Shown here in pieces: positions 17,531 to 26,861 of a stretch of 64,000 nucleotides of DNA (positions are counted from its first letter, which is position 1; each line of letters begins with the position of its first letter). Location of the stretch: assembly GCA_045615385.1 (NCBI GenBank), contig JAZLES010000008.1:2601-66600 (forward strand). Reading direction: 5' to 3'. The translations under genes and the position numbers were made by a program. The notes below the pieces were generated by a model. That model saw nothing but the letters and a program-made list of their open reading frames with translations. It ran no database searches and was not told where the DNA came from. This DNA is from Candidatus Nanosyncoccus sp. (GTDB taxonomy: Bacteria > Patescibacteriota > Saccharimonadia > Saccharimonadales > Saccharimonadaceae).

Positions 17531-18484
17531 TTAGTGTAACGAGATAAAAACCTCACCCTCGTCCCTTTCTTTTATTCTGTTAGCTTCTTTCGCGATTGTC
17601 GCAACCGAAAAATCAGGATTATTCGCTAATTCCATTATACTAGGTTTTGGCGAAGTTTGAGCATTTTCAAATTCTTGTTCCAATTCTGGCTCTGGTTCTG
17701 ACTCAGGTTCAGGTTCAGGTTTCTCTTCCAGCTCTGGCTTGGGTTCTTCAACTTTCTCATTCTGTTTCCCCTCATCCAATGACCCTGGTAAAACTACCGA
17801 CGCAGAATCAAAAATTGATTTTTCTTCTTCAGGTCCATCATCCATCCTTTTATTTATATTCGCCTGCGTTCTAATCCCAGCCGCGCTCAAATTCTCACTT
17901 TTTGCAATTGCATTCTTCATACTCTCTACCACTTCAGAATGTCTCTCATTTTCTTCTCTCACAATCGTATTATTTAAATTATTAAATTGGCTCGTCTCGA
18001 ACATATCCATCGTTGCATTGGCTTCTGCTACCAAATCTTCTCGCATTGGACTCATACTAGCTCCCTTAATTGCATATCCACCTGTATCTACAATATCTGC
18101 TAGAAACGAGAGCCTATGCGTAGCTTCCTCTCCCGTAATATTTCTAGTCCTGCTTTCTTCAGCAATCTTTGGCGCCGTAATCATAATTGTCGATTCTCTC
18201 TGACCTGGCGTCCAAACTCTGTTATGTGGCTTTAAATAATATGAAACAATTGCCGCAAGATATGTTTCCATCGGCTGATCCTTCTTTAATGGCAAAGCCA
18301 AAGCTGCAAAAAGCAACACCGGTGGTAATGGAATAATCGCAAGTAAAGGAAATATCTGAAAAAGCCCTACCGCCAGCGCAATTAATCCACCCGCAATCAA
18401 AAGATAAACAAATTGCCGAAAACTAAACGGCCCTAGAAGCTTATCATCCGCCTCAACATCCTGAGGTACTTTATACTGCGCCAT
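17531..18484 (-). CDS. PrgI-family (VirB3-like) membrane protein
   Basis: MAQYKVPQDVEADDKLLGPFSFRQF, two TMs, acidic PE-rich tail. Confidence 0.85.
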   Translation of the reverse strand: MAQYKVPQDVEADDKLLGPFSFRQFVYLLIAGGLIALAVGLFQIFPLLAIIPLPPVLLFAALALPLKKDQPMETYLAAIVSYYLKPHNRVWTPGQRESTIMITAPKIAEESRTRNITGEEATHRLSFLADIVDTGGYAIKGASMSPMREDLVAEANATMDMFETSQFNNLNNTIVREENERHSEVVESMKNAIAKSENLSAAGIRTQANINKRMDDGPEEEKSIFDSASVVLPGSLDEGKQNEKVEEPKPELEEKPEPEPESEPEPELEQEFENAQTSPKPSIMELANNPDFSVATIAKEANRIKERDEGEVFISLH

Positions 18485-18551
18485 ATAGTGTATATTATAA
18501 CATAAAACCCAAATTAAGCATAAGAAAAATTACTAAACTATACTTATATTA

Positions 18552-21500
18552 TTAAGAATTGCTATCAAAGAAACGAATTAATATCTTTTCTAACTCTTCC
18601 CACAATTCACTTCTGCTCGCCTGTAAATTATTTTTTCTAAAGTCCTTATAAAACCCAACTACTTCACTTTCTTTACCAAATTCTTTTTCTATCATAGCGA
18701 GTGATTCATTATAAAATTCCTCATCCGGGTCAGCCGAGTCACCAGTTTTTTCAAACGTATTATTTAATTCTGACATCACTCTTTTTCTAAAACCTTCGTC
18801 GTTATATATAAAATCAGTCTGCGCATCATCACCAGAAGTCTGTTGGTTATTTTTCTCTTCTTTATCTTTTTTCTTTATACCACGTTGTCGATCTTTCTCA
18901 TCTAAATACTTATAAATTTCATCTTTATCGTCTAGATTAAGCATTTGCCTCAACCAGTCTTTTGCATTGATTGCCGTACCAGACCTACGTGTGTTATAAA
19001 TCTGTTCGAGCTTACCAGTTTTATCAAGAATCTTACGTAATTCTTTACCAGCAACTCTTCTCCTTAATTCAGCCAAATCTTTCTCGCGTTTCTTCTTCGC
19101 GTCCTCAGGTTTTTCATCCCCATACCTAGTTTGAATGTCTGCTACTTCCTTATCATACTCTTCCTTATGACGCAAATTAGTCGCTTTATCTTGATCTTCA
19201 TCGTTAAAATACATTGCCAATAAATGCTCAATAGCAGGTTCACGATAGTCCGTTCTCATATTCAAAATCTGACCAGTCGTCTGATCCTTAAAATAATCAT
19301 ACGTTTTCTTTCTGTAATATTCTTCAACTTCATTTTGATGGCCATCAAAGGCTTTATCTTCCCAAACTGGTTTTAACCCAAATACCAACGCATCATCCAC
19401 AACTTTATTATTCCCCTCGTCATCCTTCTCTGGTTTTATATCATAACCAGTCCAAAACTTCACACCGCTATTAATTTGTTCACTACCGGATAGCCATTTC
19501 AAACTAGCTGACAAGAAAGCCGGTTCAAATGCAGTTTGAATTTTTTCACGTCTTTTCAAATAATCACTAACAGACCATGCCTGATCTTCACCATCGCTAT
19601 TCTTATTATAACCATACGCTTTCTTTAAACTATCATCTAAGCTAGAGAGAGCAGTACGCTCTATATCATCAAGCGAAGTGCCCTCTAATAATTTTATTAC
19701 ATCCTTTTTAGCATACATCCTTTTGCCATCAGGCTCCTCATGAAAACCCTTAAGATACTCATCAAAAGTTACATATTTTTCTTTTCTCATATCATCGCTT
19801 TCGTTAAACATTCGCGCCGTCTCTAAATTTATATATTTTCCAAATCGTCGCAACATTGGATCATTACCTTTAACTTCGAACATTAGAAAACTTGCAAGCT
19901 TCTGAGATGCATGCGTCCCTAGTTCAACCCCGCCACCTAAATCTTTATCAAGTACGTTATCAAGCTGTTCCTTTAATAAATCTGTATCCCCACGCTGGTT
20001 CAAAACCCTCATACCAGCTATAATTGCATCTATACTATTCGACGCTCTTTGCCCATTAAGAAGTTCTGTTTTATTCAATATTGTCAACTCATTCATTCGA
20101 TTAACCACATCCTGTGTCGGCGGCGTCATCTCAAAATACTTTTGCATCTTGGCTTCATAAATTTTCTTTTGTGTATCATAACCCTGCGCGGCCGTTGCTG
20201 CAGCAAATTGGACATCTTTGACATCCCCCTCCATAATCTGAAGTGCCTCATTATATCTTGATAGTTCCGTTGATCCTACTAATTTATTTGGATCAAAATG
20301 GAATCTATATTGACTATTCAACTGCGTCTTTCCATCTTTAATTATATTTCCATTCTCCATATCCATATGTGCATCAACAGCTTCCTCCATCCTTCTATGG
20401 AAGCCCATCGCATTTTCATAATCAATTTTCTCACCACGCGCACGCTCAACTTTTAGCATATCTGCCGCATTCACCATCTTCATATCAAGTTTTTCTAATC
20501 TCGCATGCTCCGCAGTTCCTTCCTTTGCTAAATAACTTAACCCCTTATTCATCGTATTCTTATCACGCTCAATCACTCGCTGATATTCTAAGCTTCGAGC
20601 CTGATTTTCATAAGCCTTTCTACCATGCTCCGTCGGCAACCCCGTAGCATCAATCCCTTGCCAATTTCTTCTCGCTCGATACGCCATTCCTCGTTCTCTA
20701 GCCAGTTGCGCATTTTCCTCTATTTCTGCTTCCCTATCAATCCTTCGATTTGACATAAACTGCATTAATCTTAACGAAGGCGTCGTTGCTCTTCCTGAAG
20801 CCAAATGTTTCTGCTTCGTCAACTGTCGATGGGAATCCGCCCACGCCCGATTTGTTGCCAACGGCCCAGCTGCCATTCCTCGTAATCTCGTATTAATATT
20901 GCCAAGGAATGTCCCTGACATCTTCATTAGACTCCAGGCAAAAAACAATGGAAAAATCTGCACCGCTATACCAAGTAAAACTCCAAAACCATTCCTAGCG
21001 CTAGTAATAATCGCAAAACCTGCCAAATTTGACGCCCCAAACAAAAGCGAAAACATCGGGAAAAACACCAACATTTTTATTAACAAATCTTTCCACTTTT
21101 TGAACATACTCTCTGTATTTGGTAACATATATGCCACCATCGCAAGTGGCGAAATCATAATTAAGAGTGCCACCACAGCTTGACGCAATGCGATAGTAAT
21201 TAGCCCAGTTACTACTGCAACGATTGCACCTAATACCGTCGGTATTAACATCCAAATTGCCCCAAGCTCAAGTGCAATTACCCCTCCAGCCACTGCTAAA
21301 GACGATCCACTTATTAATGCTCCATACGTACTCGCAATCGATACCGACGATGCCTCACCTCCCTCTAAAGCTGATTCTCCAACCGATGCAAATAATCCCC
21401 GTATACCATTTCCAGTAATATTCGAAACGTCAACCGCAAGAGAACAAATCAAAAAGCTCAAATTCACTAAAACTGCCGCTATAATCAATTTTGGCAAAGC

Positions 21501-21989
21501 CCTTTTTATTCCATAATTAGAAATCCCTATCCCAGTAATTTGCGAGTAAATCACAATCAACAAGAAAATAATAAACAAAATATTTGTTAGCCCTCGACAA
21601 TATTTCCAGATCTCATAAATCGGCGATCCATCCTCCATCGCTATTGGATTTATCACCAAAATATCTTCAATTTTCTCATATAACCAGTCTACCGCCTCCG
21701 CAATCTTCCCAGTTGTCGGACAAACTAACCACCCAATCGCACCCAAGCTATTTTTACAGCCATCACCACTTTGCCCAGTAGTAACTTCCAAACCTTCTCC
21801 CTCTGTGGTCTCAGTATTACTTGTCTCCGTTACTTCAGTAGAAGTCTCACTACTAGACTCAGTTGGGATTGCAAAAGTCGTTTGACTGTCAAAAATTGGA
21901 CCCATTAAGCTAAATAAACCTATAATAACGAAAAAGAAACCAAAAATGGCCCTTTTTAAGTCTATTTTTAATCTTTTTTTCATTACCAT
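18552..21989 (-). CDS. Large VirB6-like polytopic membrane protein with a long cytoplasmic tail
   Basis: About 8 TMs (RQAVVALLIMISPLAMVAYMLPNT...W), then several hundred charged helical residues; start 21989 preferred. Confidence 0.7.
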   Translation of the reverse strand: MVMKKRLKIDLKRAIFGFFFVIIGLFSLMGPIFDSQTTFAIPTESSSETSTEVTETSNTETTEGEGLEVTTGQSGDGCKNSLGAIGWLVCPTTGKIAEAVDWLYEKIEDILVINPIAMEDGSPIYEIWKYCRGLTNILFIIFLLIVIYSQITGIGISNYGIKRALPKLIIAAVLVNLSFLICSLAVDVSNITGNGIRGLFASVGESALEGGEASSVSIASTYGALISGSSLAVAGGVIALELGAIWMLIPTVLGAIVAVVTGLITIALRQAVVALLIMISPLAMVAYMLPNTESMFKKWKDLLIKMLVFFPMFSLLFGASNLAGFAIITSARNGFGVLLGIAVQIFPLFFAWSLMKMSGTFLGNINTRLRGMAAGPLATNRAWADSHRQLTKQKHLASGRATTPSLRLMQFMSNRRIDREAEIEENAQLARERGMAYRARRNWQGIDATGLPTEHGRKAYENQARSLEYQRVIERDKNTMNKGLSYLAKEGTAEHARLEKLDMKMVNAADMLKVERARGEKIDYENAMGFHRRMEEAVDAHMDMENGNIIKDGKTQLNSQYRFHFDPNKLVGSTELSRYNEALQIMEGDVKDVQFAAATAAQGYDTQKKIYEAKMQKYFEMTPPTQDVVNRMNELTILNKTELLNGQRASNSIDAIIAGMRVLNQRGDTDLLKEQLDNVLDKDLGGGVELGTHASQKLASFLMFEVKGNDPMLRRFGKYINLETARMFNESDDMRKEKYVTFDEYLKGFHEEPDGKRMYAKKDVIKLLEGTSLDDIERTALSSLDDSLKKAYGYNKNSDGEDQAWSVSDYLKRREKIQTAFEPAFLSASLKWLSGSEQINSGVKFWTGYDIKPEKDDEGNNKVVDDALVFGLKPVWEDKAFDGHQNEVEEYYRKKTYDYFKDQTTGQILNMRTDYREPAIEHLLAMYFNDEDQDKATNLRHKEEYDKEVADIQTRYGDEKPEDAKKKREKDLAELRRRVAGKELRKILDKTGKLEQIYNTRRSGTAINAKDWLRQMLNLDDKDEIYKYLDEKDRQRGIKKKDKEEKNNQQTSGDDAQTDFIYNDEGFRKRVMSELNNTFEKTGDSADPDEEFYNESLAMIEKEFGKESEVVGFYKDFRKNNLQASRSELWEELEKILIRFFDSNS

Positions 21990-22175
21990 AATAAGTCCCG
22001 CCTCCCTTATAAGGCGCCCATTAATTATAGCACGCATAAGCATTTCTGTCAAGAGTAAATACAGATTATTTTACATATAGTCAAAACTATGTTAATAATG
22101 CTTAAGCTCTTAATATTTTATTAGACTTTTTTTTTATAAAATGTTAATATTAAACTAGCTTAATATGGATTTAAA

Positions 22176-22946
22176 ATGAAACAACATTTCTCTAAAACAT
22201 TCCTAACCATCATCTTGCCATTATTCCTCATTTCTAGCCTAATTACCTCCTTTTTCATCACTTCCCACGCTTATGCAGATACCGGATTTGGTGGCAGACC
22301 TTGCCCAAGTTTTCTCGGTCTAACCTCTTGGGATTGTGGCTTGCCATCAACTATCAATAGCGAACAAACTCTTAAAGCCAACATTTGGACTATTGCCGCC
22401 AATATTGCTACCGACATTGCTGTCATTGCCGCCTATCTTGTTCTTGGCTACGTCATTTATGGTGGCTATCTCTATACTTTCTCAGCTGGCGATCCTAGTA
22501 AAGTTGCCACTGCCCGCAAAACTCTCGCTCAAGCCTTTATCGGTCTCGCTATCGTCATGTCTGCTAACCTAATTATGGGTTCTCTCCGTATCGCTCTAGT
22601 CAGCCAAAACGGTAATATCGGCAACTGCGCTGTTAGCGAAAATGCCTGTGTCAACCCAGACGATTTAGTCCAAAACCTCATTAACTGGTTTATCGCTCTT
22701 GCCGGCGTTGCCTCCGCTATTTTCCTTGTCTATGGCGGTATTGCTTATATGACATCTTCCGGCGATGCTGCTAAAACTCAAAAGGCCAAACAAATGATTA
22801 CTTATGCTCTTATCGGTCTAGCCATTGTCGCTCTTTCCGTCATTATTACAGCCTTTGTTTCTAATATTATTCGTGAATCTAATAAAAATGCATATATCAA
22901 TCAATCAATTATTTCAAAGGAGGTCCATGAAAACAAAATTTATTAA
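22176..22946 (+). CDS. VirB2/TrbC-like pilin with two tandem pilin domains
   Basis: Signal peptide ending HAYA; GGYLYTFSAGDPSKVATARK and GGIAYMTSSGDAAKTQKAK. Confidence 0.8.
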   Translation: MKQHFSKTFLTIILPLFLISSLITSFFITSHAYADTGFGGRPCPSFLGLTSWDCGLPSTINSEQTLKANIWTIAANIATDIAVIAAYLVLGYVIYGGYLYTFSAGDPSKVATARKTLAQAFIGLAIVMSANLIMGSLRIALVSQNGNIGNCAVSENACVNPDDLVQNLINWFIALAGVASAIFLVYGGIAYMTSSGDAAKTQKAKQMITYALIGLAIVALSVIITAFVSNIIRESNKNAYINQSIISKEVHENKIY

Positions 22947-23418
22947 AAGTATTATTCTAGCCTTTATTGCTATATTGGGATTATCTATCTTTACTTCAGC
23001 CCCGAGTTTCGCAGCTGCCGATGCCTGCACAACTCTAAAATCTGGAACTGCTGCCTGGGAAGCCGCCGGATGCGGAAACAGCAAAAACAGCCTTCCAAAT
23101 ATCATTACTGGTATCTTAAATGCCATCATCGCCATCTCCGGCCTTGTCGCCGTCATTTTTGTTGTCATCGGTGGCATTAATTACATGACCTCTACTGGCG
23201 ATGCCGCTAAAGTTAAAAAAGCCAAAGACACTATTCTCTACGCTCTCATTGGTCTCGTCATTTGTGTCCTTTCCTTTGCCATTGTTAACTGGGTTATTAT
23301 CCGTGCCATTGGAGGACAGACCACTAACCCAACAAACAACCAAACCACTAACCCAACAAACAACCAAACCACAACCTTTATTATCGAAGAAAAACCTATT
23401 GCATTTTTGAAAAAATAA
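22927..23418 (+). CDS. VirB2/TrbC-like pilin
   Basis: Signal peptide ending SFA; GGINYMTSTGDAAKVKKAKDTILYALIG; RBS AGGAGG before ATG 22927. Confidence 0.8.
   Translation: MKTKFIKSIILAFIAILGLSIFTSAPSFAAADACTTLKSGTAAWEAAGCGNSKNSLPNIITGILNAIIAISGLVAVIFVVIGGINYMTSTGDAAKVKKAKDTILYALIGLVICVLSFAIVNWVIIRAIGGQTTNPTNNQTTNPTNNQTTTFIIEEKPIAFLKK
23320..23370 (+). repeat. 24-nt tandem repeat encoding QTTNPTNN
   Basis: ACCACTAACCCAACAAACAACCAA x2 plus a partial third copy. Confidence 0.9.
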
Positions 23419-23456
23419 TTATACAATATAATCAAATTAATCATAAAGGATATAAA

Positions 23457-23789
23457 ATGAAAGAATTATTTACAAAATTTGCCGCTCCTGGGCAACTTGT
23501 TCAACCATCTGGCAATAGTGGACAAACAGGCGTATTAACTGTCGGTGACGGAAGTGATAATTTAATCGAAAATGTTACCGGTATTATCAACGCAGTTATT
23601 GGTATACTCGGTCTTGTCTGTGTAGTCGTCATGATTATCGGCGGCGTAAACTATATGACCTCTTCTGGCGACGCTGCTAAAGTTAAAAAAGCTAAAGATA
23701 CTATCCTTTATGGTCTTATTGGTCTTGTAGTTTGCGTCCTCGCTTTCGCTCTTGTTAATTTCGTCATTATCAACATCATCGGAAATTAA
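23457..23789 (+). CDS. VirB2/TrbC-like pilin (very short leader)
   Basis: GGVNYMTSSGDAAKVKKAKDTILYGLIG; RBS AAGGA. Confidence 0.8.
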   Translation: MKELFTKFAAPGQLVQPSGNSGQTGVLTVGDGSDNLIENVTGIINAVIGILGLVCVVVMIIGGVNYMTSSGDAAKVKKAKDTILYGLIGLVVCVLAFALVNFVIINIIGN

Positions 23790-23798
23790 AATCAAATC

Positions 23799-23828
23799 AA
23801 AAAATACTCCCCTTCGGGAGTATTTTTT
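23799..23828. terminator. Bidirectional intrinsic terminator (pilins / hsp20)
   Basis: AAAAAATACTCCC-CTTC-GGGAGTATTTTTT. Confidence 0.85.
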
Positions 23829-23842
23829 TACTATCTTTTAAT

Positions 23843-24346
23843 TTATTGTATCGCAATTTTCTTTGGCGCCTCAGTTTTTTCTTTTTCAAACGTAATCGTT
23901 AGAACACCATCCTTTAATTCCGCTTTTACGCTATTTTCATCTTCCTTTACTTGTACCGGAAGCGCAATTGTTCTAGAAAACTCACCCCAATAGCATTCCT
24001 GAATATGCCATCTCGTCGTTTGTTCATCTTCCCCACCAGACAAAACACCTGAGATTGTCAAAATATTGTCGGAAATACTAACATCGAGATCAGACTTCGA
24101 GATGCCAGCGGTCCGAGCTTTTACTACTAATTTATCGGCGGTTTCGTAGACATCTACAGCAAGTTGTCCAGGAAAGTCGTCGGTATTTTCCCACTCATCT
24201 TCGACAGGTTCGCTTAACTCTTGAGGTACATCTCCTTCTACTGTTTCCTCGGTCTCAACCGGAGCGACAACTTCATCGTCTCCCCCAAGGAAAGCAGCGG
24301 CGAGATCATCCTCCATCAGCAAATCGTCACTGTTTGTACGAGCCAT
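23843..24346 (-). CDS. Hsp20/alpha-crystallin small heat-shock protein
   Basis: LAVDVYET...GEFSRTIALP...AELKDGVLTI. Confidence 0.9.
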   Translation of the reverse strand: MARTNSDDLLMEDDLAAAFLGGDDEVVAPVETEETVEGDVPQELSEPVEDEWENTDDFPGQLAVDVYETADKLVVKARTAGISKSDLDVSISDNILTISGVLSGGEDEQTTRWHIQECYWGEFSRTIALPVQVKEDENSVKAELKDGVLTITFEKEKTEAPKKIAIQ

Positions 24347-24410
24347 ATTTCCTCCACTTATATTGTTATGCTTTATTATAAAGCATCCTTATAGTAAAAT
24401 CAAGAGAAAT

Positions 24411-25100
24411 ATGAGTTTTATTGTAAAAAATACAACAATTATCCATCCTTTTGACCTCCTCGCCCCTCACTCCTGTAGGGGTTGCGGGCGTATCGGAAAT
24501 GCGCTGTGCGATTGTTGTAAAAATAACATTATTATTAATCACGAAAATTATTGCCCAAATTGCAAAAGTTTAAACCCAACTGGAAAATGTTCAAAATGCC
24601 AAAACCTACCTCCCATTTTTGTTGCTGATAAGCGCTCCGAGTTAATTGGCCAATTAATTCATGATTATAAATATCATTCCGTTCGCGCGCTCTCCAAATC
24701 TTTTGCTGAAATCTTTGATCATATCCTGCCCCTAATTGACGGGCCCGTCGTCGTCATCCCCCTCCCCACCATCAATCAACACATCCGCGAACGCGGCTTT
24801 GATCATACTTATCTTATCGCTAAAAAACTAGCTAAAATGCGCTCAGGCTGGCACATAGAAAAACTCCTTCTTCGCCTAAATAATTCCATCCAAGTCGGAA
24901 CTGATGAAAAAAATCGCCTCAAGCAAGCTAAAAACGCCTATTCTGTCAACCCTAAAATCTCCATTGACCAGAATACTACCTATTTACTTCTAGACGATGT
25001 CTGGACTACCGGCGCTTCCATGAAATCAGCTCTAAAAAAGCTCCGAGAGACCGGAGCTTCTAAAATCATTATTGCAATCTTAGCCGTTAACCGACTCTAA
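24411..25100 (+). CDS. comF: ComF-family (double Zn ribbon plus phosphoribosyltransferase fold)
   Basis: CRGC...CDCC...CPNC...CSKC; RERGFD; LLLDDVWTTGAS. Confidence 0.85.
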   Translation: MSFIVKNTTIIHPFDLLAPHSCRGCGRIGNALCDCCKNNIIINHENYCPNCKSLNPTGKCSKCQNLPPIFVADKRSELIGQLIHDYKYHSVRALSKSFAEIFDHILPLIDGPVVVIPLPTINQHIRERGFDHTYLIAKKLAKMRSGWHIEKLLLRLNNSIQVGTDEKNRLKQAKNAYSVNPKISIDQNTTYLLLDDVWTTGASMKSALKKLRETGASKIIIAILAVNRL

Positions 25101-25508
25101 ATAAAGACTCGTTTCTTTTTCATCCTTATCCGACGATGGTAACGCCGAAATCACAAAGTTTACAATCGCAAATGCCAAAAAAGCAATTACTAACCCAATA
25201 ATCGCATAAAGCACCGTATTTTTCGCATCCGTCACTTTCTTTGAATCTCCCCCCGAAATTACATACTTAATCCCACCAATAATCAACATAATTACCGCAA
25301 TAATCCCTACGATATAAAGTATCGTATTCGTTACTTGCTTAAATACACCAGTATCACCAAATAAATCTGCCGGGCAACCATCACATCTCGCCGCTTCCGC
25401 ACCCTCTTGCAAAGTCAATGCTGAAACTGACGAAAAACCCGTCAATGCTATCGCTCCCACTACTAAAACTGATAAAATAAGTTTTACTACATTTTTCATA
25501 ATTACCAT
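25080..25508 (-). CDS. VirB2/TrbC-like pilin
   Basis: Signal peptide; GGIKYVISGGDSKKVTDAKNTVLYAIIG. Confidence 0.8.
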   Translation of the reverse strand: MVIMKNVVKLILSVLVVGAIALTGFSSVSALTLQEGAEAARCDGCPADLFGDTGVFKQVTNTILYIVGIIAVIMLIIGGIKYVISGGDSKKVTDAKNTVLYAIIGLVIAFLAFAIVNFVISALPSSDKDEKETSLYLESVNG

Positions 25509-25558
25509 TATATCACACTTCCTTAAAAATCAAAAGGTGTAATCAAACCCATAAAAAA

Positions 25559-25651
25559 TGGCGGAGGGTGAGGGATTTGAACCCTCGCTCCAGGTTGCCC
25601 CAGACTATCTCGTTAGCAATGAGACCCCTTCAACCACTTGGGTAACCCTCC
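25559..25651 (-). tRNA. tRNA-Ser(GCT)
   Basis: GGAGGGT acceptor stem, loop TTGCTAA, long variable arm, GGTTCAAATCC, CCA. Confidence 0.93.
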
Positions 25652-25708
25652 ATCCTCCCAATTTTAACACATTTTTCACTTTTTTTTAAATTATGCTATA
25701 ATCAACTT

Positions 25709-26176
25709 ATGGTAAAAACTATAGAGGATACCTCTTGGGAAACAGAAGAATATATTGTTAGAGATCGTAATACTTGGTGGTATATTGGTCTTTTCGCTGT
25801 CGGTATAGCTTTATCAGCCCTCGCAGTTGTCTTGAAATGGTGGACCTTCCTCGTCCTAGTTATTTTAAGCGTTGTCGCCATTCTTGTTTCAACTTTTCGT
25901 CCTCCTCGTAAAATTAAATATACTCTTAATAAAGAAGGCTTAGTCGAAGGTGACAAACTTCATAAATACGAAGAATTTAGGGCTTTTGGTATTTTAAAAG
26001 AAGGACCACATTTTTCTGCCGTACTAATTCCTAAAAAACGCTTCGGTCTTAGCGTAAAAGTTTATTTCAAAGAAGGCAACGGTGAAGCCATTGTTGACGC
26101 ACTCGGCGCTAGACTACCTATGGAAGAAGTAAAACTTGATTTTCTCGATAAAATTGTAAATTTCTTGCGTATTTAA
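25709..26176 (+). CDS. Conserved hypothetical membrane protein (two TMs plus PH-like beta domain)
   Basis: Two hydrophobic helices followed by KYTLNKEGLVEG...YEEF. Confidence 0.7.
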   Translation: MVKTIEDTSWETEEYIVRDRNTWWYIGLFAVGIALSALAVVLKWWTFLVLVILSVVAILVSTFRPPRKIKYTLNKEGLVEGDKLHKYEEFRAFGILKEGPHFSAVLIPKKRFGLSVKVYFKEGNGEAIVDALGARLPMEEVKLDFLDKIVNFLRI

Positions 26177-26226
26177 AACAATCGTGCTACTATTAACATA
26201 AGTATAATATAAAGGTGGGCAAAATA

Positions 26227-26823
26227 ATGGACCAAAATCAAACTCAAACTGTAGATAACGATCTACAAAAAGCAATCGACGATATTACTAACACGACTAA
26301 TGTTGACCCGGTTTTTTCCGACCCAGTCGCTGCTCCATCTTCAGTTCCTGAAGGCGATACTGGCGAGCTTGGTGAACCTGTTGGTCCTTTCCCTGAACCA
26401 AAAGTCCAAATGGTCACCCAAGGTCCAGAACCAATAGCTCCATTAGATTCCATCAACATTCCAGATTTGGATGTCCCAGCCCCTGCCCCTAATCCTGCTC
26501 CAGGTACCATGCCAGAACCAGCTCTCGCTCCGGAAGTTAATCTTACTCCCGAAGCTCCTGCTCCAGAAACTCCCGCCCCAGAAATCAACACTAATCTCAA
26601 TATGCGTCAAATTAAAGAGTCCGCTCTTCGCGATTTAGTTCCTCTCCTTGACCACTTAAATCTAACCCCTGATCAAAAATTCAACATCTATCGCAATATC
26701 TTTGAAGAACTACGTGATTACACTGTTCTCGAACCAGCTTACCTCGCTGCCAAAGAAATCGCTGACGAAACCGACCGCGCTGAAGCCCTCCTCTATCTCG
26801 TCGAATCTATCGATAAAATGTAA
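26227..26823 (+). CDS. Hypothetical Pro/acidic-rich protein with a helical C-terminal domain
   Basis: Long ORF with host codon style, followed by a terminator. Confidence 0.7.
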   Translation: MDQNQTQTVDNDLQKAIDDITNTTNVDPVFSDPVAAPSSVPEGDTGELGEPVGPFPEPKVQMVTQGPEPIAPLDSINIPDLDVPAPAPNPAPGTMPEPALAPEVNLTPEAPAPETPAPEINTNLNMRQIKESALRDLVPLLDHLNLTPDQKFNIYRNIFEELRDYTVLEPAYLAAKEIADETDRAEALLYLVESIDKM

Positions 26824-26833
26824 AATCGTATTT

Positions 26834-26861
26834 AAAATAAACCCCCTAGGGGGTTTATTTT
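26834..26861. terminator. Bidirectional terminator (perfect 28-bp palindrome) at the groEL 3' end
   Basis: AAAATAAACCCCC-TA-GGGGGTTTATTTT between convergent genes. Confidence 0.85.

Noticed and set aside
23320-23370. Repeat as a CRISPR array or phase-variation tract
   Set aside because: Two adjacent in-frame 24-nt copies without spacers; no cas genes; length changes would not shift the frame
25559-25651. tRNA-Ser as a second integration site
   Set aside because: No integrase nearby, no duplicated 3' fragment seen, and the flanks have host-like composition
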